Positions 38,201 through 51,729 of a stretch of 64,000 nucleotides of DNA are shown here, in pieces. The position numbers were made by a program, and so were the translations under genes. Source of the stretch: Bugula neritina (Eukaryota > Animalia > Bryozoa). The stretch covers positions 4,790,707 through 4,854,706 of the forward strand of contig OZ037767.1 of assembly GCA_964035545.1 (NCBI GenBank). Direction: 5' to 3'. The notes beneath the pieces are model-generated. The model was given only the letters and a program-made list of their open reading frames with translations, was not told the DNA's origin and did not search any database. Each line of letters begins with the position of its first letter. The stretch's first letter is position 1.

Positions 38201-41200
38201 AAGACTTTGTGTGTCTAAAAGTGCAGTTCCTCACATTACGGAGGATATTGTGACAATGTGATTTGAGTTCAATTCCTTCTATATAAACTAAATGACATCA
38301 CAGGAAGAAATTCTGCTTAATGGCAAACTTTATTACGACTACCATTATTTTATTCACAGATACTTGTCAACTCATATCATACTTACATGTTCCAAAACTG
38401 ACTCGCAAATTTTCGGGCACCATAAGCGTAGAGTTTCAAGATGATTTCTAGAGTAAAAAGAGCCAAGAAGAACCACTCAGCAACCTGCACCTCCACGGCT
38501 ATGAACACCGCGTTTACCACAATGGCAAGGTCAAAAAAGTATCGGAAGAACCTGAAAGTCAGCACCGCTGCATAAATTGAAGATTTTGAAGGTTACATAA
38601 ATAAATAAATATGTTTATCGAAATACCTTCAGTAACTTTTGCCACACATTTTAGTTAACACAAAATTAAACTCCACAAAATGTTTTAAACTGAATAACAT
38701 AGATCTATTAAAAGTCTGTACCACAATATGTAATCAAGGTTTAGAGAGTTGTATTGCCCTGTCTGCTGGTAAAATATTTTTGTAATGTCATCAATTTTGT
38801 CAGTTACATTAGCAGCTTGTGTTAGCATTAGTGTTAACATCTTTGAAAAATCTATCAAGTCCGTAAAGATTTTCCACCTACAGTAAGTAGAGTCACCTTA
38901 ACAAACTGCTTCTACCTAAACACTCATAAATAAAGCCCTTGTGTATCAAGTACACTGCTAACACATTAGTCTTCACTTACTTGTGCTTCACGACCTTCCT
39001 GATGAACTCGGTGAATTTACTATTATACAGTTGAGGACACATCCTGTTCCATAACAACATCCTGTCTTTCACTTCCGTTAGGGGAACGTTCAGCAAATCG
39101 GCGCATGTCAAAAACTCAGCTTTTGCTACAAAGAATAAAAGGATGGTATATATCCTACTATACATATGATGCCATTTTATAACAGAAATGCTAATCATTT
39201 ATTTTCCCAAGTCACCCAAAGCTACTGTTATTACCAACTCGGGTATATTTAGAAATTAGGAGCTACTGTATATTGCTCTTTCTAAGATGTTGGCAATATA
39301 ATTTAATATATGTTTAAAATAGTAAAATGTTGAAGTATTTCAACAGTCAATTAATAATTAGCTAAATTCACGGTTATCCGGACTTGAACTGCACAAGTAA
39401 TGTAGAGCGAATACAACTCACTGATGACACCGTCTCCATTGCCATCCATTACTTGAAACAGCATGGTAACTTGTTCCTTGCTCTTCTTGGGAAATAACTC
39501 CTTCATTATCTTAGTCCAAGTAGAGAGGGTGATATGATATCCCTCCCCTTCCTTGTTTTTAGTCTAAGAAAAGATTTAAACATTTCACTAAACAGTCAGC
39601 TTAGAATAACACTGCCAACATAATCTTCACTTGAAATTAAATTAATTTAATTTAAAAAAAATGTCAATTTCTACAAAAAGAGCATTTCAATTTGAACTAT
39701 TGACAGACATAAAATAGCACAAACCTTCACCAGATCATAAGCTGAAGCTAGTTTTCTTCTCTTTGCAAACACAGCTTGCTTCACTTCATTCTAAAAACAT
39801 GGAAACATTCTAAAAGCCGTGAAACTACTGCTATAACCCACATTTAATAGAGCAATAGTAACAACGATGTTGTTTCATGATAAAATATTCCGGTAGAGGT
39901 CAGGAGAAAGCTCCATTAGTGCAACAAAAAGTAATAAATTCTGCGGTAAATTTGAAGCATGAAGTTTAATCGTATCAATACAAAAAAATATTTTCATTAC
40001 TTAAGTTTAAACTTATGTTAATTTTTCATCTAATACTTTATTAGCTTAACAATAATTACTACTCAGTGTTCTTGTTAGCAGTATGTAGTCATGGTGAATC
40101 TATTCCAGTTATACAACTCATGTACATGTGGCAGACAACTCTCAAAACACTTTATTGGACACAGTTTCACACTTATTAATGTTTCAGCACCTTGTATACA
40201 TCAACTACAATATTTCATGAAATGCAGCTAATATTACCAACCGAGATAACTTCACTAACACGTAACATCGTCATATTCAAACTCAGTGCATGCTTCTATA
40301 AAAATGAAAAACTGACACTACAGACGCAGAGATACATCTTATTCCGATATGACCGGGTACAGTGAGTGTGGCATACCTTGAGGTGACGCTTGTAGCTGTT
40401 GAATATGACAGCCAGTAGGACATTCATGAACACGTAGAGAGTAATGACGAGGAATATAATGAAGAAGAGTGCATACCAGTGACTGACATCATAAGCTGGC
40501 ATCCTGTATAAATGTAGCAACATTGAGTACACATTTGAAGACAGTATAGATGGGTTTAATAATACAAGATAGTATTTCACAAGAGAGCACGACTCTAATT
40601 TTTAGCATATTAGATAATTAAATAGATTTGATTCTCCTTGTATTAAATAAACATAACACACTCTGGTATTGGTTGCATCAATGCTTAGCCTACGCAACTG
40701 GGAGTTATGTACACATTGAAAACAGAAAGCAATAGGCTCTAAAGAAGGCTAGCTTTGTTTTCCCTAAAAGCAATTCTTTAAACAACAACTCTGTGATACC
40801 TATGAGCCTAGTTATATAGTACCCACACTAAAACAAACTACCCACATGGAAAATACTTTTTATAGATGCTGTCAAATTGCTTAAAAGTCACCATTACTTT
40901 GAGTAAAATTTTTGAATACATGTTTTTAGCTACAAATCGATTTAACAGAATTTTTCATTGATTAGAGCTTTCAATCAAAGGAGATTTACATCTTCTATGC
41001 TATTGTAATCAGCACAACTGTCAACTACAACCACTACATTATGATGACAACATATGCATAGGAAAAGTTGGTTGCATGTAATTTACTCTTTAATCAGCTG
41101 TACTACTAACTACTAACAACTAATCTGAATGAATAATATACATAACCAAGTTATTAAAGTATAATACCAAACCCTGCCAGAAAATGATAAAAAAACTATT

Positions 41201-44200
41201 TAATCTAAAAACCTCTGCAATGCTGACAATAGCCTAATACATATAAGGACTTTGCGACAAGTGAAATGTTGCACATAGAATATACGTACATTACATCCGG
41301 GTTATTGGCCGTAGTGACAAGTACATACAATCTCCATAACGCGTCAGGATATGTTTTGAAATATGGTTTGCCGAATCGATCATGTAAATTTCTAAAATAG
41401 CAAAACTGGATACCAGATACAATACTCAATACAGCGCACTCAATTCACCTGGATACATTATACAATGCAAATAAAACACTCACAGTACAGTTTAGAAACT
41501 ACTATGAACTACAGACCATTTTCATGCAAACATCAAACAGTACAGAGTTACTAATCTACTAATTAAACAGCTAAACAACTAAATAGCAGCATTCTGTGTT
41601 GACTTCTTCATGCAAACTCAGCATACAACTAACATAGCATACTACATGCCAGAAATTAAAATACAGCTTCATTGAAGAATATGTCCTCTAATTTAAAACT
41701 TTATACTACTGATGACTCATAAGTAACGGCCAGTTTTTCAAGAATTTGCACATTAAAAACTTTAAAAATGGCAAAGTAACTGATAAACGCTAGAATTATG
41801 GGCTAGCTAGGTAAAGAATGTTACAAGCAAATTGCAGAACATCTCAACTAAAAACAGAAAGAAGCAAGTGTAACCTAACTACTCTTTAATATGCAACTTA
41901 AATTCTTTTTCAGCAAAAGATAAAAAATTAGTAGCTCTAAATAAAGATTTTTAGTCGCATTTTAAGCATTGAAATTGTGTAAAAAAATTGTTTATTAAAC
42001 TGAAAAAAGATATTTTAAAAGTAAAATATTTAAAATACGTTACCAAATGAAATAAGAAAATCTAAAAGTTAAACTGTAATGAAAGAACAAAAACTATTAA
42101 GAATACATGGTATTGTAAATGATATATACAATAATATCTATATATAGCATGTTTAGAGAAAATGACAGTGACTAGCAATTGATTTAAAACAACCTGTAAA
42201 ATGTATGTAATATACTGTATTATTGTACAGTGCTATGCAATCAGCACAACACAAATATTATACACTGTGTAGGCAGTAAAAGGATATTAAAGTTTACGCA
42301 TAGTGCACCAGGACAATTAGTTTCACTATAAATACGCACATTATAATATTTCAATCGTATGCCTGAGTAATTTCGATATAAACTAATCACAACTATCTAG
42401 CCCCTGTGCATCTTAGATATCCCAAATAAAATATTATTATAGGCTTTGTATATAAAATAAGATAGTTATGCAGGAAATATAGAATAAAACATATTTTTAG
42501 ACAAATATCCCTATAAGGACTTTGCTCCTTCTTTATAAATACAAGGATAGTTCGTAGGTAGAGAATAAACTTAGAGCTGCAAGTAAATAGACTCAAAACT
42601 TACTTCTTTCCAAAGATTTTGAGGGCCAACAGTGCAAACAGCATCACGCTCAAGAGGAAGAGAATAAGAACAAACACTATCTCTAATATGGTACGTCGGA
42701 TGTTCCGAAATGCACGGCGAATCTAAAAGACAGTAACCAATCACAGTTGAGAACACAAACATGCAAAATCCTTGACATTGCAGTTGTGACTTGAACACAA
42801 CAATATCAATTTGAATATAACATCAACCAGAATGGATTAATATTCACTTGAATACAATAATATCGACTTGAACACAATGATGTCAATTTGAGTGCAAGGT
42901 ATAGCCATTAGCTGTATAAAACAGTATTTTAAGTAGCAAGTAATCAGATCTTTAGACTACTAGATGACGTAGTTTAGAAAGTTTAGATCTGATAGCAGAT
43001 GATTTCTATTAACACACATTACTACACATGCTGTACATGCCTGTGACAAAGGTATTGTTTATGTAAATGATTCACATTTATACATTCACATGATAACTCA
43101 GCAAATTGGGGAGGGGGATTGATTAATGATCACCAATATATCTATAAACAGGTGATAACTAAAATGATAAGGCGCAGGTAGATATAGGCATATTTCTACT
43201 TACCTGCCGGGCATGTGGAAAGTTTACTATGAAGAGTGGCCGAAGAGGACGAGACCAGCGAATAGGATTGGAGCTCTCATCTATCCCCGCCCATATGGAG
43301 TAGCTAATAATATCCAATACACTGAGCTGCAACCATGAAATGCAAATCATATAAATTATAATAATTCACAGCATGACTCATTACTGATTTTATGATATAT
43401 TACTTTGTATAGTACCAACAACATGTATGCAGTTTAAATAGTATTTGAATAAAATAGACTGTAGAGCTAGATTTGAACATAAAGAAGAAAAAACTATAGA
43501 TTAACCTAAAAAATAATTACCCCTTTTATGCATTTTATGAGCGCTTGTAATTGGTACAAGTAAAATTTAATGTACACAGGTGACAGGTAGTGTACACAGG
43601 TGACAGGTAGTGTACACAGGTGACAGGTAGTGTACACAGGTAACAGGTAGTGTACACAGGTGACAGGTAGTGTATACAGGTGACAGGTAGTGTATACAGG
43701 TGATGGGTAGTGTGTATACAGGTGACAGGTAGTGTATACAGGTGACAGGTAGTGTATACAGATAGTAAACAGGCTTACCACAATCAAAATAATAGCCACA
43801 ATATTCTTCTTGTCTTTCCAGAACGTAGTCTGATGCTGAAAGCTAGACAGGTGAATAATTCTGAATCCCAGATAACCCAGGGCTATTATTTCTATGATGC
43901 ATGGAGCCTAAAGGGAAATAAAGTATCGAAAGCCTATAAAAAACTTTATTTTTCTCTCTCAATCTGTTTCACAATATAAAAATTGGTAAACTTCTAAAAA
44001 TGTATATTCAATTTTTTAATAATATAAAATATAAATACTGTGAAACCTATTCACAATCAACACAAGATTGTATGATAGCAAGAACATCAACAGCACAAAA
44101 AAACTAAAATAGCGTAAGATTCGACGTCAGAATAGCCATGAGATACTGACCCAGAACGGTAGAGTGTCGGGCCACAGGGCGGGTTTCTCCAAAGTAGCCA

Positions 44201-45622
44201 AACCGAGAATTACGAGTATCATTAAATATTGGATGTACTTGAATATTGGGTTATAGTACAAAATGTATAGTCTAAAATGAAACATTAGTAGATATATTAT
44301 TCAGCAATAAAAATAAACATGAGTGTGTGGTATAAACAACTTACTTTGTTTTGAACAAAGCAATACCCAAGATGGTTTTTAAAGTATTACACTGATTTGG
44401 CCTTATATCATTGCCACATGTTTCAATTATGTTGTTTATCAACATTGGCAGCATCTAATAATGAACATGTGCAAAAGTATTTGTCAAAACATTTGGAGAT
44501 GTAGTCTTTGCATTAGAGTAGGTGATATGATATAGAGTAGAGTTAGTGATATGATATAGAATAGAGTTGGTGATATGATATAGAGTAGAGTAGGTGATAT
44601 GATATAGAATAGAGTTGGTGATATGATATAGAGCAGAGTTTGTGATATGATATAGAGTAGAGTTGGTGATATGATATAGAGTAGAGTTGGTGATATGATA
44701 TAGAGTAGAGTTGGTGATATGATATAGAGTAGAGCTGGTGATATGATATAGAGCAGAGTTAGTGATATGATATAGAGTAGAGTTGGTGATATGATATGAT
44801 ATTTCACCTGAGAGAGTCCCGGTCATGTTTGAAATCAAGAAATCTGTTGGATTTGGCATCTTTAACTAGAGTTGCAGCCAGTTTTATAGTCTAAAATTAT
44901 TCAAAAAAATAATTAAACATAAAAACATTATTTGTTCCCAAAAGGTTCTTAATAGCTGTTACAAATGTTTTGACTTTTGACACTTTGGCAATTCTGGCAT
45001 AATCAATGAAAATAACAATGTGAAAAAGTGACTTTGAAATTTTAAAAGTTATCTTTCATTTCACTCACAAATATACACACTTCAGGGGTTAAAATGCACA
45101 GCAAGTACTTCCCACAAATGTTAGGCATATTTTAGATATAACTAGATTCACCACTTACTTCGTCGACATCCGTGTTATATTTACTAGCAGTGGATGCTGA
45201 TTGGTCAGAAAATATCTGCTCTATAGTTACACTATGGTCAGGGGTGGATAAATTAGAAGTTGGCCTACATGTAAAATAACAATAACAATACAGCTCACTA
45301 TTGAAGAAATGATGAAAGTTTTAAAACAAACTTCATTTTATAAAAATCTATCCTATGTAATCTTATTACCAGCACAACTAATGTGTTGAATTGCACAATG
45401 GAATAGTAGGAAATCCAGCTATTAGTTTGCTTACCCATTTGTGCTGATTTTAGTAATATTATTAGATGCTGAAGAGGATGTTGAGGCTATAGAAGCTGTA
45501 GAGCTCAGTGTAGACCCACTAACTGGTTGTGAAGTATCAGAAGGGTTACCAGCTCTTTCTCCAGTGAGATTCATTTCAATATCCACGAGTACCTGATTGG
45601 CTACTGGTTTGGAATCACTCAT
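35222..45622 (-). CDS. TPCN3: Two-pore channel, TPC3 type, complete, about 20 coding exons
   Basis: Exons include 45622-45435, 45264-45159, 44890-44808, 44271-44151, 43907-43779, 43326-43204, 42722-42604 and 41391-41290. Further exons lie at approximately 40504-40377, 39790-39725, 39563-39423, 39126-38981, 38551-38387, 38072-37927, 37817-37747, 37610-37447, 37012-36852, 36366-36256, 36014-35902 and 35361-35222. Motifs: IS4 RWSRPLRPLF, IRRAFRNIRRT, pore I LYVLVTTANNPDVMMPAY, IIS4 IRVLRLVKL, pore II ELTVVNQWHV, IFIAFILEAF, LLMRMFENEL. The start codon is inferred. Confidence 0.9.
43571..43759. repeat. 20-bp minisatellite (GTGTACACAGGTGACAGGTA), about 9 copies
   Basis: Directly visible in a TPC intron, next to the donor at 43778. 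Confidence 0.95.
44520..44800. repeat. 24-bp minisatellite (GTGATATGATATAGAGTAGAGTTG), about 11 copies
   Basis: Directly visible in a TPC intron, next to the donor at 44807; explains ORFs 44455..44859 and 44484..44807. Confidence 0.95.
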
Positions 45623-48162
45623 ATTTACATTGTAGTTCACCAAGTCATACTATTAAAGAAAAATATAAGCTAAAGCTATTACCAATCTAGTCACCTTATT
45701 ACCATCACAGCATCTCACTCCAGTAAACTACAACATTTAAAAATAAATGTTGTAATTACAATCTTTGTATGAAATGAAACTAATTATTAAAAAAAACTGC
45801 AATATTTCTTTTTTCGTTGAAAAAAAAATCAAATTAATGTCACCTGAATTTAAACACAGCTAGCTAGTTATAGCAATAACACACTGATAGTAATTATAAA
45901 CACACTTTACACTTACACTAGCGATTAATGTATTAATAATGGTTTTAGGTCAATAAACGAATAACAGCTACAAGTTACCAGCATAGCCATATGGTACTCT
46001 TTAACTTCTAATAGTTCTAAAGATTGCAACATATAATTATATTGTTTTGTCAATAATAACAAGAATTAGCAACATTGCAAGTACTAAGAAACTGAAATTC
46101 CATGTGTTAGGTTCACAACTAACCAATGCAGAGCAAGGCATTATTAGAACTAGAAACTAGTACAAATAAAAATTAAGCAAGGTCCTGTGTTAGTGAGTTT
46201 CAAAAGACGAAAAAACACAAAAAGCACATTCATTTAATTTGTAATTTCACTAATATCAGGAAATAAGGTTAACTTTAGGGACTCAGTCTGATATCAGTAT
46301 CACTATCAAAATCAAATTGTGTTTTAATCAAGATAATACTAATAGTTTTAGTAGTAACAATAACTATTGACTTAGTAAAACAATAATACTTAAAGTATTT
46401 ATATATTATAATATTTATGTAAACATTATATCGGCATGAATATGCCAATAGTTATCATTATATCGTATAAAAGTAAATACGAATCTTATTACTATTAGTA
46501 TTACTAGTACTGTAACTAATAAACTTATAGTAATAGTTTAAGGGTAAATTTAAGTAATATTTGTAAACAGTTATATTGTTATAATGTAAATAAGATAATG
46601 GTATACTATTATCAAGTATAACTATAACTATAAGTATGTAATTATAAGTATAAGTATAAGAAACTATTAGTCATTACATTTAGTTTTACTAATACTCATA
46701 CTGTAATAATAATACTTGCTATTAATATTACTATTATTATATTACTAAAACTATTATTATGTATGAGCATCATTAGTCTTAAATTATAACCAGTAATCGT
46801 AAGAAGTTACAGTTATAGTAAAAAGTGATAGTAAAAAGTTGAAGTATCAGTATGAGTACAAACTAAAACTTATTATTAAGATCTCAGATCTGCATTTAAA
46901 ATTGCTATTAGTATTACTATTACTATTAGTATTAGAGACTAGCCACTACAGTTACACTTACGTTTAGTTTTACTGAGTGAATTATTTACAGTTACACTTA
47001 CAGTCACTGTTATACTTCTAGTTCTACTTGTCAGTTATAGTTAATGTTATACTCATTAAACATATACTTATACTTATAGTTATTGTAACTCAGATTGTTA
47101 GACTCTTAAAGCCCTACTTTTAGTCTTAGAAGTAGTGAAATACTCATATAGTTATGCTATACTGATACTCTGCAGTTCTAGATATAAATTGTTACTGTTA
47201 AATAACCAGAAACTTAAAGATGAAGATCAAAATGTGCATCAGCCATCAGCATAAACATATGATTATGAAATAATTATAATCATAATGAAAGATTACCTTT
47301 AACTTTAAGATAAAATAAAATAAAAATGCTCTTCCCTTAGTTTCAACTTTAGCATGTGTAACTAGAGTAATTGAAAAATGTGTTACTTTCAAAATAATTA
47401 TAAACTTGGCTAAATATTAGGTTACAACTAACAAAAACACAACATGATGATATTCACATTGAATTTGATAATAAAATTACATCGCAAGAGTCGGATTAGT
47501 GATCAAGCAAAGAGTTTAAGGTCACTATCAAGGACAAATTCAACCACACCCCCTACATTTCAACTCGGTGACTAGTTTTCGAGGGTATACAAAGTTAAGG
47601 AGAAACAACCCTTACACACACGCACACAGTTGTAGTGAAAAAGATTTTTACTGGTTTCAATATTTATACTAGCTTACCCACAAAAGCCTCATAAGTCATA
47701 TCAATTATATGCGTTGAGTTTTATAAATAACTAAGTAATATAAATTAATATAGCTCTAATAAAATATTATACACATATACTTTCCAGTTATATTAAAAAA
47801 ACCAATTATCTCTCTTTTTTTCTTGTTATTAGTGATTGTTTTAACATTTTGCTGTTTTATATTTTATAGCTATGTATTGATTCCTATGTCTAAGACTTAT
47901 TTAGTTTGCTATCAAACTTTGATTTTTATTGTGTAGTTATATTATCGTGCCATTGGTGTTTGAAGGTCTAATGCTATTAGTAAAGATTTTAATACTTTGT
48001 AGGTTTATAACCCTGTATCGATCATATTAAGTTGTTAGATAACCATTTTTCATTTGCTATTGGTATCAAAGTCATTAAGTCATATGCTATTTACATAATA
48101 TTCATGTAAGTGCGGTAGTGGGGAAGTTTTAATAGCATAAGTTCTTTAATTTTCATAATAAA

Positions 48163-48267
48163 TTTTGGTTTAGGGTGCAGGTTAAAATTCTAAAGAGAAC
48201 ATAGCTTCTTTTGCTACATTTCTAATTTAAAACACAGGCTTTCCTCAACTTCTTTATTACTGCACTT
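48163..48267 (+). repeat. Dispersed repeat fragment, copy 2
   Basis: Matches 9032-9128. Confidence 0.75.
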
Positions 48268-48431
48268 ACCTAAAACGTTTTCTCATCAAGTTTATATTAT
48301 AAACTGAATATAAATGTTTTTTATAACAGACTTAATCGGTGTATCACTCATGTATGTCATAATAGAATTTATTATTATCAATTTACAGGAGGTTACATCA
48401 AGATTAATTTTATGAATGACCATGTATACTG

Positions 48432-51400
48432 TTATTGTCCAGAAACTTCAAAGGTAACTGACTTCATGTCATAGATCTGGCTGTGAGGGTGCTTGCTGCC
48501 GCATTCGCCGTTACAGATTGCTACAAGATTGTTTATAATTGAAGAGAGAGGACAATTCATAAATTTTTCCAGAGATAAAATTGTTGGAAATATCTAAGCT
48601 GAGTACAATTAAATCATACTCATATAATCAATATCGAAAGAAGTGTATGCATACAAATATATGTAATTATAGTAATAATAAGTAGATTAAAGCATTTCAA
48701 CTTCGCTTACTCTGTTATTCAAGGAAAGATAAAGCTAGGTCTTTTAAGTAGGCTAGAAAAACTTCAAACACCCCATTCTTATATGGATTGTGCCCAAAAT
48801 ATTTTGTTATACACCCAATATGCCTGAGCATACTACCCTGAAGTTGTAATCATAGCTGATGGTCAATAAATGTATGAATAATTAAATCCAGCATAAATGT
48901 AGCTGCCAGAGATTCTTTGAGTAAGGCAGCAACAAACATACAACACGGTATTCCTGCATACCAGCCAAAGGAAATCGTTACCTTAGTTAATTTCAGAGTG
49001 TGAAAACTCAGCTTTTCACGAAGTTGAAGCAATTTTATCATTGTTGACAAAGAGTGAGAATCTCTTTCAAAATTAATTTTTATATCAGAGATTTCCGGGA
49101 TTCCAATAACTTACACACCATGTTTATTGGTTGTGTTTGTGCAGGTTTGTAATCCCTGCCTTATATAACAGTATTCAGGGTCACCGGTGAAATTAGAAAG
49201 TCGACTTACTGACAGTAAGGGTGTAGTTGCCAGGCAGCCAGTTTTCACAAGGTTGTTGTGTAGGATCACAGCTAGGGTCAACCTTAGCCTGTACCTTGAT
49301 GTTAGCAGAGTAGGTGCCAGCTGCCTGCGACTCCAAGAGATAGCTGGAGGCTGGAAAGTTTATGAAACACATCAAAGCACTTTATCAACACTCAAAGTAA
49401 GTCAATACTGTGCTATTTTCTTGATTAGGAGTTTTATCAAGGAAGAAAATAAGCCAAAATAGTAAGTAAGTTATGATTATCACATATAGTTGAATTGGTA
49501 GTACATTGATTTCTTTTAATTTATACTCCAATTCATGCTATAATACAACTGGATGTAGAGGGTCACTTTGTATAATATGTATAATATATAGTTTAATCAT
49601 ATTCAATAATTAGACGTGCAACTTACCACAACAATATGCATTGTGGTAGCTACTTTCTATTAAAGTTTAAACGATTGCTTTAAATAAAAAAATTAATTTT
49701 AACAAAAAGTATGTTTTATGCTGAAGCATGACAACTTTGGATCACTGCATATCAATTATTACCTTGATGATGCAATACAACATTATTATAACATTAACTC
49801 ACTACAAGTTATTTATAGATGCTATACTAATTACATACCTAGAGGTATTCCGTCAACAGTATCAACCTGTACATCCAGCTCACCTGTTCCAGTGCCATTC
49901 TTACTAGCATATTCTACATCAAACTGCAGGTGAAACAAAAGTGTTAAAGGAGTGAGTGAGCAAAGCTAGTACCTAATGCAAAATATGTCTTGTTTCAGCT
50001 AAAACAAATCTTGTTTGAAAATTTTTTATAGAAACTAATTTTTGTTGTCCACAAAACAAATCAAACGTTGTGCTTCTTTGATAGAAAATACCATTATTTC
50101 TATTCATAATATGCATGCAACACACACATGTAACAGATACTAGCAGCTTATTTTAAGAACATCTTACAGCAAATGTAGTGCCCTCTGGCCCCTTTGCTGG
50201 ATTCACCACAATGCTAGTTATCTTAGCATCTCCCACGTCATTCACTGTGCAGGTGTTGAGTAACTCACACAGGTAAATAGGGTCCAGGTCAGCCCTGTAC
50301 AGTGAAAAAGGGTAAAGTTGATAAGCTGAAGTCATTGTCTAACATGAAGAACGTATGTTTATTCATAAACTAAATAATTTTCCAGTCCTAGTGATAGACT
50401 AACGAGTAAGGATTGAAAACGTTGATGGAGGAGAGTTAAATTGAAAATTTAACTTATTAATAAGCAAGTTTTCAAATATAAAAATATGTTCTGAGTCAAG
50501 TAAGGTAGCAGCAGCTCCTACCTTACACAAATTTACCTTTTAATTTTCGATTTACAATAGCTATATATATTAAATAATACACTATTATGCTCTATTTACA
50601 TTAACAACTATTTTTTCTTCATGTACCTAGCATGTAATTGGAAAAATCAAAACTAGACTCTCAAATCAGACTGACATGATATCAACTATTCATTATAGCT
50701 ATACTGTAGTATCGTGCACAGTAGCTTACTTCTGGATGAGGTTGGCAAATGCCTGAACTCCCACGACGTCACACAACACGTTGCAGACGGCTCCTAGTGG
50801 TTGACTTCCTGTTTTGTTGGAAAGTATGCCGCATATTTCGCTGCATCCTCCAACAACGCCAGTATCTGGTAACAAGGGAGAGTGTGTCTTTATTATAAAC
50901 AACGTAATATTATTATGAGTATGGTGTCAAAAACTTGTTAAACCTAATCTATTGGATAACATATACATCTAGATGCTACGCACTTTATTTATAAAGTTAA
51001 TATTTTTAATAATAGAATAAAAAGCTGAACACCGAAAAACCAATTAAAGTATTATTCATGATTAATTAATTAACAGGGTTTAAAATTTAGTAGTATTTAA
51101 TCATAAATCAGTGAAATACCACAAGGTTATAGTGGCCCAGTTAAGTAATAAATCATATTACCACATTTCAATGTGTCATAATAAGTGCATATATAGTTAT
51201 GTTATGTATATTGTAATAATCAAAATAATATTAATATAAACTATGGTAATGTAACACGGTATATCAGAATTAGAACATAATATATTTTCAAGTAATCATA
51301 ATATATTTGTTGGTCTTGCCTGGCATAACTAATGAAACCAGTCATAATATAAGGTAGTTGTAATATAATATTGTAATAAACAACCTGTAGCAGTGTTTTA

Positions 51401-51729
51401 CTTACTGAGTATAATATTCAGCAAGTTATTAATAGCCTGCTCAGAGAACTGAATGCAGACATCACAGAGACCAGAGTTCAATGGATCCCATCCCTCTAAC
51501 TCACTACTGAAAAACTGGGCTTCCGCCGCAAACAGTGCACTTATCAGCACCACGCTGACGATTATAGCCTGCAACAACAATCGTCAGTAAATAATATTTT
51601 TTCCTATAATCTAGAACACAAAATATTAATTCTATCTTTTTGTAATTTAATTCTTTGTCAACCAAATATGAAATAAAACCATCATTACAGAAATTGAAAA
51701 CTGTGAAAGAGTACAACCTTGGAGTTCAT
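48432..51729 (-). CDS. Countin-like secreted protein (signal peptide, saposin-B-type domain, C-terminal beta-rich domain), 7 exons
   Basis: Exons at approximately 51729-51718, 51568-51406, 50865-50729, 50294-50168, 49923-49839, 49350-49209 and 48520-48432. Signal peptide MNSKAIIVSVVLISALFAAEA. Motifs: LCDVCIQFSEQAINNLLNIILNTGVVGGCSEICG, CNVLCDVVGV, ADLDPIYLCELLNTC, NGTGTGE, CENWLPGNY, ICNGECGSKHPHSQIYD. The first 12-nt exon is inferred. Confidence 0.85.

Noticed and set aside
44455-44859. 134-aa and 107-aa repetitive ORFs
   Set aside because: They are translations of a 24-bp intronic minisatellite; the real TPC exon uses another frame.
25853-45622. Minor-spliceosome (U12) introns in POLE2 or the TPC gene
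   Set aside because: The donors examined are ordinary GT types; none shows the RTATCCTT signature.
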